The notes under the pieces were generated by a model. That model saw nothing but the letters and a program-made list of their open reading frames with translations, was not told where the DNA came from and ran no database searches. The position numbers were made by a program, and so were the translations under genes. Below, piece by piece: positions 17,467-26,878 of a DNA stretch of 62,094 nucleotides. The stretch comes from an uncultured bacterium (GTDB taxonomy: Bacteria > Bdellovibrionota_B > Oligoflexia > CAYFLR01). The stretch is taken from contig CAZJDM010000003.1 in NCBI GenBank assembly GCA_964544765.1, positions 1 to 62,094 of the forward strand, read 5' to 3'. Every line of letters starts with the position of its first letter. Position 1 is the stretch's first letter.

Positions 17467-19755
17467 ATGAGAGAAATCAAAATGAGAAGATGGGCTTTTT
17501 TAAGCACTTTTATCATCGTATTGTGTGGTTATTATGATTATGTAGGATATGCCCGGTATCCAAATATCCCATTAATGGAAGAACCTGCTGATATAGTTAA
17601 TTCTACAGATGAAGGTGCCAGCTCTGTTGCTTATGACCAAATTCAAGGATGGTTGATACCAAAGGAAAGTTATAAAAGTATAAATTTTCAAAACCAAAAG
17701 ACCTCTTTAGATTTTCATCAACGAACCCTTGAAGGTGTTGAATCTATTGTTCAAAACTTGCACATTTTTCATTTACGAGGACAGTTTTTGGATTTGTTTT
17801 TTTTCAAAATGGCAGAAATCAGTGAAGATAATTTTTTAATTTCGCCGGCTGCAGTTTTTGATGAATATAAAAGTGTTGAGAGTTACTTTTTAAACGAGGT
17901 CCCTAGCCATATAATTGTTGCCAATACTTATGAACACTTGCATTATTTTTTTAGTTACTGGAGATTATTGTCTAATTCATTATTATTGGCAGATATTCAA
18001 GAATTAGAGCCAATAAGGCAAGGAAATACTTTTAAAGTAATTGTCTGTAATGATGGTAAAACAGAAAAAGTTGACCGATGTTTAGATGAGAGTCATCGGA
18101 ATAATGCTGCTTATGATTTTGAAAAAGATGATTTGATTTTCTTTGCTCAGGAGGATTTAAATACCTGTTTGCCTGTTCATACCGGATTAGATCCATCAGT
18201 GATTTTTCATGAAGCTAGTCATTCTTTAATCTATAAGATCACATCATTTAAGAAAGAAACATCTTTCAACTGGTTTGCTATTCATGAAGGATTGGCAGAT
18301 TATATTTCAGCTTCGATGCTGGATTCACCTGAAATTGGAAAAATCTTTTTAGCTGGATGCAGTAATCAAAATCCTAAATTTGTTTCAGATAAAGGTGAAG
18401 GTTTTTATTTGAGAACAGTAGAAAATTCAGTTTCTTTTGATGGAGAAAATAACGTTTTTACTTATATGGATCCCCATGTTCTTGGTTTGGCTTTTGCTTC
18501 GACTTTGTGGGAAATCAGAAGGAAGATTATCGCAGAAGTAAAAGATAACGAAGTAGGAAAATCATTTGCCGATCATATTGTTTTAATGGCGCTAGTTGAA
18601 ATGAAGGATTCCTTAAAACCTTATTTAGAAATGTTTTACCAAGCTTTATTGGATAGTGAAGAGTATTTGTTTCAAGAAAAATTTAGAAATATAATTGTAG
18701 ATGCTTTTGCTCAAAAAGGCTTAGTGGATACATTTGGGGATATTAATCCCAATTTATTAGAAAATCATCCAGCGTTTTATTCGGAAAAGAGGATTACCGA
18801 AACTGATCGAGAAAATGTAAATATAGGAGGATGCAGCATTCAGTCATCGAATTCTTCAATGAATTTTTTGATGTCGTTATTACTGCTGTTGCCTCTATTT
18901 ATTCTCCTTTTAAGAAGAAAGATAATATTAATTCTATCAGTTTGTGTTCTATTTTCTTCTTGTTTATATGAGGAAATAGAAAAAGATTATATTCAAAAAA
19001 AGCCAGAAGGTAATTGGGTAGAGTATGTTATTTTTCCTTTTAATGATCATGGACTATTGAACACTGAAAAAGGGGTATTTTTTCGTTTTTTTAATGCCTA
19101 TCAGAAAAATAATAATAATTACAACTGGCTGGGCTTGAGAATGGGGTTATTTGAACTTTCTTTAGATGATGGAAAGGTTAAGGAAACTGAATGGAAGGAC
19201 AAAGATTCCTATCTTTTATATGATCGAAAACAAAAGATCATTGATAAAAAGGTACGAAAGTTAGATGCGGGACTTGTGACGCAAGATGACCAACAAGAAA
19301 GTATACATCTTGTTTCTGAGGACATTTACAATGTGGGCAATGTCCCTTTAATGCCTATCATTGAGTTATTACTTGAATATTTACCCAAAGCATCGCAAAA
19401 CTATTTGAAATTATTAAACAATATGGGTGTAGATGAGTCTGACATTGTTTTGGGTATTCCTGAGTTAAATTATAAAAGAGTTGTACATCTTTCTGAAGAA
19501 CAATCTATTGAAATGGGTTCCCGCATTTTTCATAAATGCACCAAATTTCTGGCAGTTAAAGATCTAGAACCAGGAGGCTCTATTGATCTTAATTCAGAGG
19601 GTATTAGTTGGATCTATTGCGATGATAATGACGCTATTTTTTCAGTGCTGGAAATTAATGGGTTGGACCAGGTATCAATGATTAAATATGAATCCGTTTC
19701 CGCAGCTTTAGGATTCAAGGTACAGATGTTACTGTGTGTTGGAGATGGAGTTTAA
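17467..19755 (+). CDS. Secreted thermolysin-like (gluzincin HExxH+E) metalloprotease-like protein with internal GGC-TM-RRK signal followed by a lipobox and a ~270-aa C-terminal domain
   Basis: The open frame runs from a TTG at 17389. ATG at 17467 (MREIKMRRWAFLSTFIIVLCG) is the more plausible start. 'FHEASHS' followed 21 residues later by 'HEGLADY' is gluzincin-like. 'GGCSIQSSNSS-MNFLMSLLLLLPLFILLL-RRK' at nt 18826-18921 is immediately followed by 'ILSVCVLFSSC' (Cys codon 18961-18963). Confidence 0.6.
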   Translation: MREIKMRRWAFLSTFIIVLCGYYDYVGYARYPNIPLMEEPADIVNSTDEGASSVAYDQIQGWLIPKESYKSINFQNQKTSLDFHQRTLEGVESIVQNLHIFHLRGQFLDLFFFKMAEISEDNFLISPAAVFDEYKSVESYFLNEVPSHIIVANTYEHLHYFFSYWRLLSNSLLLADIQELEPIRQGNTFKVIVCNDGKTEKVDRCLDESHRNNAAYDFEKDDLIFFAQEDLNTCLPVHTGLDPSVIFHEASHSLIYKITSFKKETSFNWFAIHEGLADYISASMLDSPEIGKIFLAGCSNQNPKFVSDKGEGFYLRTVENSVSFDGENNVFTYMDPHVLGLAFASTLWEIRRKIIAEVKDNEVGKSFADHIVLMALVEMKDSLKPYLEMFYQALLDSEEYLFQEKFRNIIVDAFAQKGLVDTFGDINPNLLENHPAFYSEKRITETDRENVNIGGCSIQSSNSSMNFLMSLLLLLPLFILLLRRKIILILSVCVLFSSCLYEEIEKDYIQKKPEGNWVEYVIFPFNDHGLLNTEKGVFFRFFNAYQKNNNNYNWLGLRMGLFELSLDDGKVKETEWKDKDSYLLYDRKQKIIDKKVRKLDAGLVTQDDQQESIHLVSEDIYNVGNVPLMPIIELLLEYLPKASQNYLKLLNNMGVDESDIVLGIPELNYKRVVHLSEEQSIEMGSRIFHKCTKFLAVKDLEPGGSIDLNSEGISWIYCDDNDAIFSVLEINGLDQVSMIKYESVSAALGFKVQMLLCVGDGV

Positions 19756-20029
19756 AAAATCTAGTAAAATCCTCATTAATGGCCTTTTTCCATTAAATAA
19801 TAGCCTTTTTTGTCTAAATATTGTGTATAAATTTTTGACACCTGCCTTTTCTTTGTCATCTATTTATATATAAGTAGTAACCTGTAATGGGGCCTTTTTC
19901 TAAATAAACTCATAAATTACAATATGATATCTCTGTTTTAGGCTTGTGGTATGAATCTTGCTCAAATACCTAGGTGTGGGAGGATGTCTTCCATTAATAC
20001 GAGTTTAACAAGGGACGGAGATATATTAT

Positions 20030-21820
20030 ATGAAAGAACGATTAAAAGTTTTTATCATCAGTGTGTTACTGATCTTCGCTTCTCTTATATTATTTGAGAA
20101 TGTCAGTTTTGCGGAGGAAGGTAGCCCTGATCAAACAGAAGAAACTACTAATGACGGAGATAATCCCAGCGGTGATGGAGAAACTGCTAATGGTGAAGAA
20201 AATACAAATGGAGAAGATGGGCAACAAGATAATACCGAGGGAGAAGATGGTCAACAAGAAGAAAATCAAGATGGAGATCAGGACGAGGCAGCCTTTTTTA
20301 AAGCTATATTAGACAGAGTGTCTGATTATTGTGGTGAAGATCTTGAAAAGATTGAAGATGTAGATAAGTGTTTTTTGAAGGATATTGAAGAAGAACCGCC
20401 AGAGATTGAACCAATTGCCGCATCTGATGAGGAGAAAGAAGAAGAACCTGAGTCTGAACCAAAAGAAGAAAAACCAGCTAAACCTAAACTTACCACCAAA
20501 AAAGGGGACCCAGCTGAGGATTTAGTTGTTACTCGTTTGAAAGGTGGTGGTTGTGGAGTCATTTCTTCAAATCAAAAAGCTAACTTTAACAACTTAAATT
20601 GGTCTTGGTGGATATTTCTTGTTCCATGTTTAATAGTTTTGATGATTCGTTTCGATTTTTTCAATTTATTGAGAAAGAGACAATTTGTCTTGGTTAGAAA
20701 TAAATTGTTAATTTTTATAGTAATGATTACATGTTTAGGCAAATCAGGATTTGGTTACGACTTTTCTAAGAAATATATCAACAATTTTGGTAGTCGAGGT
20801 TTTGTTGAACGAGCGGTAGTTTTAAAACAGGGATCTATGTATATAAGCACTCAGGGAGATTTTGCCAGAGGGCTTTTAACGGCCGAGACTGAGGATAATA
20901 AAGATTTTAATTTAGTGGATCAGTCAGTTCGTAATAACCTAAATCTTAGTTTTGGAATTACAGACATTATTCAATTGGGTTTCAGTGTACCAGTAACTGC
21001 CTATCAAAAAGCGCGTTATTTAGGATATTCTGATTATGATAATCATTTTGGTGTTTCTGATTTGTTGATGGAACTAAAAATTTTAGTATTATCTTTTGAT
21101 GTTATCAATTGGAGTATATCTTCGGATGTTTCTTATAATAAACCTAAAAAATTCAATTTTTATTCAGGAAATAGTTGGCAGGCAGGTTTTAGGACCGCTT
21201 TAACCTCTAAATTTAAAAAATCTGTTCTTTCTTTTAATTTAGGTTATCGTTATTTGCAAACCGAATATATATACGACATAGCTTTTAACGATTATATTAA
21301 TGCTGGTATTGTCTATTCTTATTATATTTTGGGCAATAGCCTAGAATTTTCGGGTGGTTTTGACGGGCAAATACAGACTTCAGCTTTAAAGAATGAAAAG
21401 AATGCCGCAAAAAATATACCTGTAGAGTTTAATGGTTTTATAACATACCATGTTTCAAAAAGATTAAGGTTTCAAACAGGTGGAGGTTTAGGACTAACCG
21501 ACGCATATGGCGCTCCCGCTTGGAGAGTTTTTGCCGGTGCCAGTTACAAGATTAACCTTCTTAAGTTAGGTAAAAGTAAAAGGCGATATTCTCGTAAAAA
21601 GAAGAATTATTTTTCTTTTTCAAAATCCAAAAAGAGGAAGAAAAAGAAAAGGAGAAAAAAAAGGAAAAGAAGATCAAGGAAGAAAAATAAAGTAGTTCAA
21701 GTGGATTTTGATGATAGTCATAGCAGTGATTGGAAGAAATCAAGTTATAGAAGAGATTTAAAAAGAAAAATTCAAAAACAATATGAAAATAGTGATATTA
21801 ATTTTGATGGATTGGATTAA
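20030..21820 (+). CDS. Secreted protein: acidic low-complexity N-region, internal GGGCG-TM-RKR signal, beta-barrel-like domain, polybasic tail
   Basis: 596 aa with a signal peptide (LLIFASLILFENVSFA) and a D/E/G/N/Q-rich region. 'LKGGGCGV...WWIFLVPCLIVLMI...LLRKRQ' spans nt 20543-20690. An alternating-strand region ends 'WRVFAGASYKINL', followed by 'KSKRRYSRKKK...KKRKKKKRRKKRKRRSRKKNK'. Confidence 0.6.
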   Translation: MKERLKVFIISVLLIFASLILFENVSFAEEGSPDQTEETTNDGDNPSGDGETANGEENTNGEDGQQDNTEGEDGQQEENQDGDQDEAAFFKAILDRVSDYCGEDLEKIEDVDKCFLKDIEEEPPEIEPIAASDEEKEEEPESEPKEEKPAKPKLTTKKGDPAEDLVVTRLKGGGCGVISSNQKANFNNLNWSWWIFLVPCLIVLMIRFDFFNLLRKRQFVLVRNKLLIFIVMITCLGKSGFGYDFSKKYINNFGSRGFVERAVVLKQGSMYISTQGDFARGLLTAETEDNKDFNLVDQSVRNNLNLSFGITDIIQLGFSVPVTAYQKARYLGYSDYDNHFGVSDLLMELKILVLSFDVINWSISSDVSYNKPKKFNFYSGNSWQAGFRTALTSKFKKSVLSFNLGYRYLQTEYIYDIAFNDYINAGIVYSYYILGNSLEFSGGFDGQIQTSALKNEKNAAKNIPVEFNGFITYHVSKRLRFQTGGGLGLTDAYGAPAWRVFAGASYKINLLKLGKSKRRYSRKKKNYFSFSKSKKRKKKKRRKKRKRRSRKKNKVVQVDFDDSHSSDWKKSSYRRDLKRKIQKQYENSDINFDGLD

Positions 21821-21913
21821 TTACATGTGATAAAAGTTACTCTTGCATGTTTACCATGTTTACATGTTTAGCTTATTATTTTGCTTTGCTAATATTGTGA
21901 GAGTGATGATGCT

Positions 21914-23899
21914 GTGAATAAAATCAAAGTCTTGCCAGAGCGGTTAGTTCATAAAATTGCCGCTGGTGAAGTGGTTGAAAGGCCCTTTTCTGTAGTAAAA
22001 GAATTAATCGAAAATTCTATTGATGCTTATGCTTCCCAAATATTAGTCGAAATAGTTGATGGAGGGAAAAAAAGTATTCGTGTCGCTGATGATGGAACAG
22101 GGATGACATCTGATGATGCTTTATTATCTCTTTCTAATCATGCTACTAGTAAATTAACTTCAGATGAAGATCTTTTTGCAATTGATTCACTGGGTTTTAG
22201 GGGAGAAGCTATTCCCTCCATTGCCAGTATTGCCAAATTTTCCATGAAAACTAAAGTAGAAGGGGATAGTTTAGGTACTATTGTTGAGGTTCTTAATGAT
22301 AAAAAACCAGTAGTTGGTTCTGTTAATACTTCGAAAGGTACAACAATTCAGATTGATGATTTGTTTTACAATATTCCAGCCCGGAAAAAATTCTTGAAAG
22401 CTTCAGCAACCGAATATTCGCATATATTAGATTATATTGTGCAAGTAGCTTTATGTTATCATACCGTACATTTTACCTTAAAACACAATCATAAACTTAT
22501 CCATAATTTCCCTTCAGCCAAAGATAGAAAATTACGTATTAGCCAGGTATTTGGTTTTGATTTGTCTAAGCAGTTAATCGAAGTTAATTTTAGTAACGAT
22601 GAACTATCCTTTAAGGGATACATAGGAAGTCCTCAAACTGTAAGAGGTAATATGAAGGCTCAACATTTTTTTGTTAATGGAAGAGCCATAAAGGATCAGG
22701 CCATAACTCATGCTGTTAATAGCGCGTATGAAACGATTGTTCCAAAGGGTCAGTATCCGATAATAATATTATTTATACAAATTGCTCATGATTTAATTGA
22801 TGTCAATGTGCATCCCGCTAAACGGGAAATTCGATTTGTTAACAAAGGAATGGTTCATGATTGTATATATAGTACGTTAAGAGAAGCTCTCAGAAAAGCT
22901 TCCTGGGCAGATAAACCGTCAGTGTCGGATAGTAATGGTGGAAGATCTATTAGCATTCATATTCCTACGAGGAATTCTAAATATGAAGGTGCGGATTTGA
23001 ATAATAAATGTGCTGGATTGAATAAAAAGAGTACAAACTCGAATAATATGAATACAAGCGCAAAAAATATTGCTCTGAATCAAAGTAATAAAAATAATCA
23101 AAGGTTCAACCTAGCTTCTAACAAGGGCGATTATGATCGTCCAATTGTAAAGTATGGGAAAAAGATCCCTAGTCCAGCTAAACTTAAAATTAAGTCGGAG
23201 CAATTAATTGAGTCGGAGCAATTAGTAAAAGAGGATCAATCACCTATTTCAACAGTTAAAGAAGACATTTTGCTAGAATCTACCGATTTGGTAGATTCTG
23301 CCGATAATATTACAAATGACCTTGCCAATATACGCATGATAGGGCAATACGCCGAATGTTATATGCTGTTTGAACAAAAAGGAGAATTGTTTATTATCGA
23401 TCAGCATGCTTTGCATGAGAGGATTCGTTATGAATCTATGATGAAGCAATATAGAGATGGAAATATCGAACGACAAGCCCTATTGTTTCCTGAGGTAATT
23501 GATTTGATGCCAGGAGAATTAGAGTTGATCACTTCTTTTCAAGAAAAAATAATGCAATTGGGCTTTGAAATAGAACCCTTTGGGGGAAATAGTATCGTTG
23601 TTAAGTCTGTTCCCCAAATCCTATCTTCATCTGATATCAAAACACTCTTTGAAAAATTAGTAGGAGAGTTAAAGGATATTGATACTACCGGTCATTTTGA
23701 GGAATATGTATCAAAAACAGTCGCTACTATTGCTTGTCATAGTTCGGTTAGAAGTGGAGAAATATTAACTAAGGCGCAAGTCGCCAAGTTGTTATCTGAC
23801 CTAAGCACGTCTTCTTATTTCGCAACTTGTCCTCATGGTCGGAATGTTATGAAATCTTTTTCATTAAAAGATATTAAAAAGATGTTTGATCGGAGTTAA
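21914..23899 (+). CDS. mutL: DNA mismatch repair protein MutL
   Basis: 661 aa with a GTG start. 'IKVLPERLVHKIAAGEVVERPFSVVKELIENSIDA' is the GHKL ATPase signature, followed by 'DDGTGM' and 'LGFRGEAIPSIASI'. The C-terminal dimerisation domain carries 'FIIDQHALHERIRYE'. A long N/S/K-rich linker separates the two. Confidence 0.95.
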   Translation: MNKIKVLPERLVHKIAAGEVVERPFSVVKELIENSIDAYASQILVEIVDGGKKSIRVADDGTGMTSDDALLSLSNHATSKLTSDEDLFAIDSLGFRGEAIPSIASIAKFSMKTKVEGDSLGTIVEVLNDKKPVVGSVNTSKGTTIQIDDLFYNIPARKKFLKASATEYSHILDYIVQVALCYHTVHFTLKHNHKLIHNFPSAKDRKLRISQVFGFDLSKQLIEVNFSNDELSFKGYIGSPQTVRGNMKAQHFFVNGRAIKDQAITHAVNSAYETIVPKGQYPIIILFIQIAHDLIDVNVHPAKREIRFVNKGMVHDCIYSTLREALRKASWADKPSVSDSNGGRSISIHIPTRNSKYEGADLNNKCAGLNKKSTNSNNMNTSAKNIALNQSNKNNQRFNLASNKGDYDRPIVKYGKKIPSPAKLKIKSEQLIESEQLVKEDQSPISTVKEDILLESTDLVDSADNITNDLANIRMIGQYAECYMLFEQKGELFIIDQHALHERIRYESMMKQYRDGNIERQALLFPEVIDLMPGELELITSFQEKIMQLGFEIEPFGGNSIVVKSVPQILSSSDIKTLFEKLVGELKDIDTTGHFEEYVSKTVATIACHSSVRSGEILTKAQVAKLLSDLSTSSYFATCPHGRNVMKSFSLKDIKKMFDRS

Positions 23900-23981
23900 C
23901 AATTAGTCGGCTATCTCACCAACTACTTTTGATAACCTTGTTTAAGTATGAACGGTAATTAACAGCCTGGGAGAATTTTAA

Positions 23982-24893
23982 GTGAAACCCATTATAGTAA
24001 TAAGTGGACCTACTGCCTGTGGTAAGACTGATATAGCTATTTCTATCGCTAAGAAATATAATGCCGAAATTATTAGCGCTGACTCTCGACAAGTTTATAA
24101 AAAATTATCTATTGGGACCGCAAAGCCAACCCAGGAACAATTAAATCAAGTTCCCCATCATCTTATAGATGTAGTTGATCCTAAAGAATCATTTAATGTG
24201 GCCGACTTTAAAAAACAGGCTGATCTAGTGGTGGAGGACATTTTAAAAAGAGGAAAAAATATAGTGATTGCTGGTGGAACAGGATTGTATATCAAAGCGT
24301 TTATCTGGGGACTTTCTAATGTGCCGAATCAGGATCCTAAATTGCGTCAATCATTTAAAGAAAGGATAGACAAGGAAGGTCTAGAATCATTACATCAAGA
24401 ATTAAGCAAAGTGGACTCTCAGAGTGCGAAAGAGATACATGTTAATGATGAGGTGAGAATTGTAAGAGCCTTGGAGATATTTTATCTTACAGGTAAAACT
24501 AAGAGCTTTTTTTCTAATCAACATCAATTTCAAGATCCCAGATATCCTACGCTCTATTTTATAATAACTCCTGATAGGTTCTGGTTATATCCTCGAATTG
24601 AAAGCCGGGTTGATGAAATGATGCAAGCTGGTCTTGAGAAAGAGGTAAGATCTTTGTTGGATCAAGGTTACAGTTTTAAGGATGAAGGGTTAGCAACCAT
24701 TGGCTATCAAGAATTTGAACCTTATATAGCTGGGCAGTGTGAGTTGGAACAAGTAATACATGGTATTAAGAAATCTACAAAACAATTTGCCAAAAGACAA
24801 TATATTTGGAACAGGGGAATAAAGCCAAAGATTGAGATCAACATGGAAGATAATTTTGAAATAGAGAAGTGTATTTTAAAGCAGATTAAATAA
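23982..24893 (+). CDS. miaA: tRNA dimethylallyltransferase MiaA
   Basis: 303 aa with a GTG start. It has the P-loop 'ISGPTACGKT', then 'ISADSRQVYKKLSIGTAKP' and 'PHHLID'. It follows mutL, the conserved synteny. Confidence 0.95.
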   Translation: MKPIIVISGPTACGKTDIAISIAKKYNAEIISADSRQVYKKLSIGTAKPTQEQLNQVPHHLIDVVDPKESFNVADFKKQADLVVEDILKRGKNIVIAGGTGLYIKAFIWGLSNVPNQDPKLRQSFKERIDKEGLESLHQELSKVDSQSAKEIHVNDEVRIVRALEIFYLTGKTKSFFSNQHQFQDPRYPTLYFIITPDRFWLYPRIESRVDEMMQAGLEKEVRSLLDQGYSFKDEGLATIGYQEFEPYIAGQCELEQVIHGIKKSTKQFAKRQYIWNRGIKPKIEINMEDNFEIEKCILKQIK

Positions 24894-24963
24894 TTACTTT
24901 ACAAACAATAAAAAATAGGTTGAACTTCATTAAGCAAGTCATTTACAAGTAATCAATTAATTG

Positions 24964-25071
24964 ATGAAGAGTGCCAAAATGAAGCCATTCAATCTAGTTA
25001 CAATAGTAATAATCTTCTCAAGTCTTTTTACTGTTTATTGCCAAGATGAAAAAAGTGGTCTTGACAAATGA
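24964..25071 (+). CDS. Possible 35-aa mini-lipoprotein (not in ORF track because it is under 60 aa)
   Basis: MKSAKMKPFNLVTIVIIFSSLFTVYC|QDEKSGLDK*. It has a positive n-region, an h-region and a lipobox-like TVYC, leaving a 10-residue mature peptide. I see no clear RBS. Confidence 0.2.
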   Translation: MKSAKMKPFNLVTIVIIFSSLFTVYCQDEKSGLDK

Positions 25072-25129
25072 CCCCACCTTAATATTGCAACTAAACTTAT
25101 TTACCGTAAATAGTCAAATATACGGATTT

Positions 25130-25819
25130 TTAGAGACCATGGCGTTCTAAAATGTCTTGGTAAGAGTTTATAGATCTGGCGCACCATTTATAAAGTAGAA
25201 GATCTTTAGTGTTTTCATCTATTGGAGTAGGGGATTTTTTTTGTAATGTTTTAGCTGTTTGCAATATGATTCCTAGGCATACAGATACATTTAAACTTTC
25301 AACGAATCCTCTCATTGGTATTTTAAAAGATACATCAGCTATTTCTTTTACATCATTTGAAATTCCTTCTAATTCATTACCCATTACAAAAGCGATCTTC
25401 TTTTCAAAATTCAATTCATCTAATTTTTTGTTGGCCTCTGGTGAAGCATAAACAATCTTAAATCCCTTTTCTTTAATGGAACTTAAACAAGTTTTGGCGT
25501 TGACATCGTAACTAATGGTTAACCAGTTATGAGCACCACGGGTAATATTATTAGTTAGATGAATTCGTTCTTTGCTGATAATGTGAGTATTTTGAATACC
25601 AAAGGCTTCACAAGTGCGTAACATGGCGGCTATGTTGTGTGGATGATGGATATCCTGAAATACGACCCGAAATTGATCTGTGCGGTTTTTTATGACCTTT
25701 AAAAAACGGTTAAAACGTTTTGCTGTTAAATGTTCTTTTAAAATTGCAATCGCTTTTTTAATATCATTGTCTTTAGGGAGGTAAAGATTTTGGTGATTAG
25801 GGTGGTCTTGGTTCTGCAT
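25130..25819 (-). CDS. trmH: SpoU/TrmH-family tRNA (guanosine-2'-O)-methyltransferase
   Basis: 229 aa. 'HPHNIAAMLRTCEAFG', 'FVMGNELEGIS' and 'IPMRGFVESLNVSVCLGIIL' are SPOUT motifs 1-3. Confidence 0.85.
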   Translation of the reverse strand: MQNQDHPNHQNLYLPKDNDIKKAIAILKEHLTAKRFNRFLKVIKNRTDQFRVVFQDIHHPHNIAAMLRTCEAFGIQNTHIISKERIHLTNNITRGAHNWLTISYDVNAKTCLSSIKEKGFKIVYASPEANKKLDELNFEKKIAFVMGNELEGISNDVKEIADVSFKIPMRGFVESLNVSVCLGIILQTAKTLQKKSPTPIDENTKDLLLYKWCARSINSYQDILERHGL

Positions 25820-25835
25820 AAAATGTCAAAATCCT

Positions 25836-26684
25836 TTAGTCAGAGTTGGTTTTGATAGTGAGGTTATTTAATAAAAAAGGCAAAGACAAAGGTTTTTTGT
25901 TTATAGCTGAAGAGGCTCCATGTAATTTGTAGTCCAGTAAATTCACTGTGATAATGGTCCCATTTGATTTTTGCAAAGTTAAAGAGGTTAAGCCAGAAAA
26001 AGGTATTTGGGGAGTAATTTGTAATTTTGCTCTTTCAGTAGGAACAGAAAAGACATTCACCGACATATCTTGTCCATTAATAACTTGTTTAACTGTGCCT
26101 TGTGAAATGATGTTTTCGGCGGAATTTTGGAAAATTTGTCTGATCTCTTGATTGGTCTTGTCTGCTTTTTGTAATAACTTTTTAAATACGGTAGTTAATA
26201 GTTTAGAAGTTGTTTTGACTGGTGGGCTTGATCCGTATTGAATAATGACGTCTTTATTATACTTTTGATCTATTAGAGAAAACATTTCATCTAAACTGTT
26301 TTTGAATCGTGGTTTGGGTGGTATAGTAGGCGATTTGAAGATTATATCTTTTTCACCTGGATTTTTAATTAAAACCTCTTTCCAATAGGTACTATTATCA
26401 GTCTTGGCTACTAGTGAAATGGTTAGAAAAGTTGTTTTGATTTTTTTCTGAGGTTTTTTGATAAGAATTTTATAACGCACCATTTGCCCCTTCTTCCATT
26501 TTAATAAGGGAAAAGTCTGAAGGGTGATAGCTTTGTTTGATTTGCCGGATTGTTTGGATTTATCGCTGACATTTAGGTTAGTTTTAGGTTTTTCTATTGC
26601 AAAAGAAAAGTAGGAGAAAAAGATCAAAATAGTTGGGGTGATTAATTTAGAAAACCAAATGATTTTTTTTTTCTTTATCTTCAT
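25836..26684 (-). CDS. Secreted hypothetical protein
   Basis: 282 aa with an N-terminal signal peptide (LITPTILIFFSYFSFA). I recognise no motif. Confidence 0.5.
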   Translation of the reverse strand: MKIKKKKIIWFSKLITPTILIFFSYFSFAIEKPKTNLNVSDKSKQSGKSNKAITLQTFPLLKWKKGQMVRYKILIKKPQKKIKTTFLTISLVAKTDNSTYWKEVLIKNPGEKDIIFKSPTIPPKPRFKNSLDEMFSLIDQKYNKDVIIQYGSSPPVKTTSKLLTTVFKKLLQKADKTNQEIRQIFQNSAENIISQGTVKQVINGQDMSVNVFSVPTERAKLQITPQIPFSGLTSLTLQKSNGTIITVNLLDYKLHGASSAINKKPLSLPFLLNNLTIKTNSD

Positions 26685-26878
26685 AGAAGTGGATCTAAGT
26701 ATTTGAACGATGAATTGTCAAGATAAAATTATTTTGATTTAACTGACGTGCTAGTTGATTAAATAGTCAACTTACAATAGAAGTGTTTACTTCAACCCTA
26801 AGGCAATGATACAATTGGGTTTATAATCGTATAAAAATCAAATTAAGGATGAAAGGTATTTTCTTTGTGACTTGTAAC

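Noticed and set aside
24894-25129. hfq expected downstream of miaA.
   Set aside because: No ORF in any frame encodes an Sm-like 'NGIKLQG...K.A.S' sequence. Only the 35-codon lipobox ORF and a weak hairpin (ccgta/tacgg at 25104-25125) are present.
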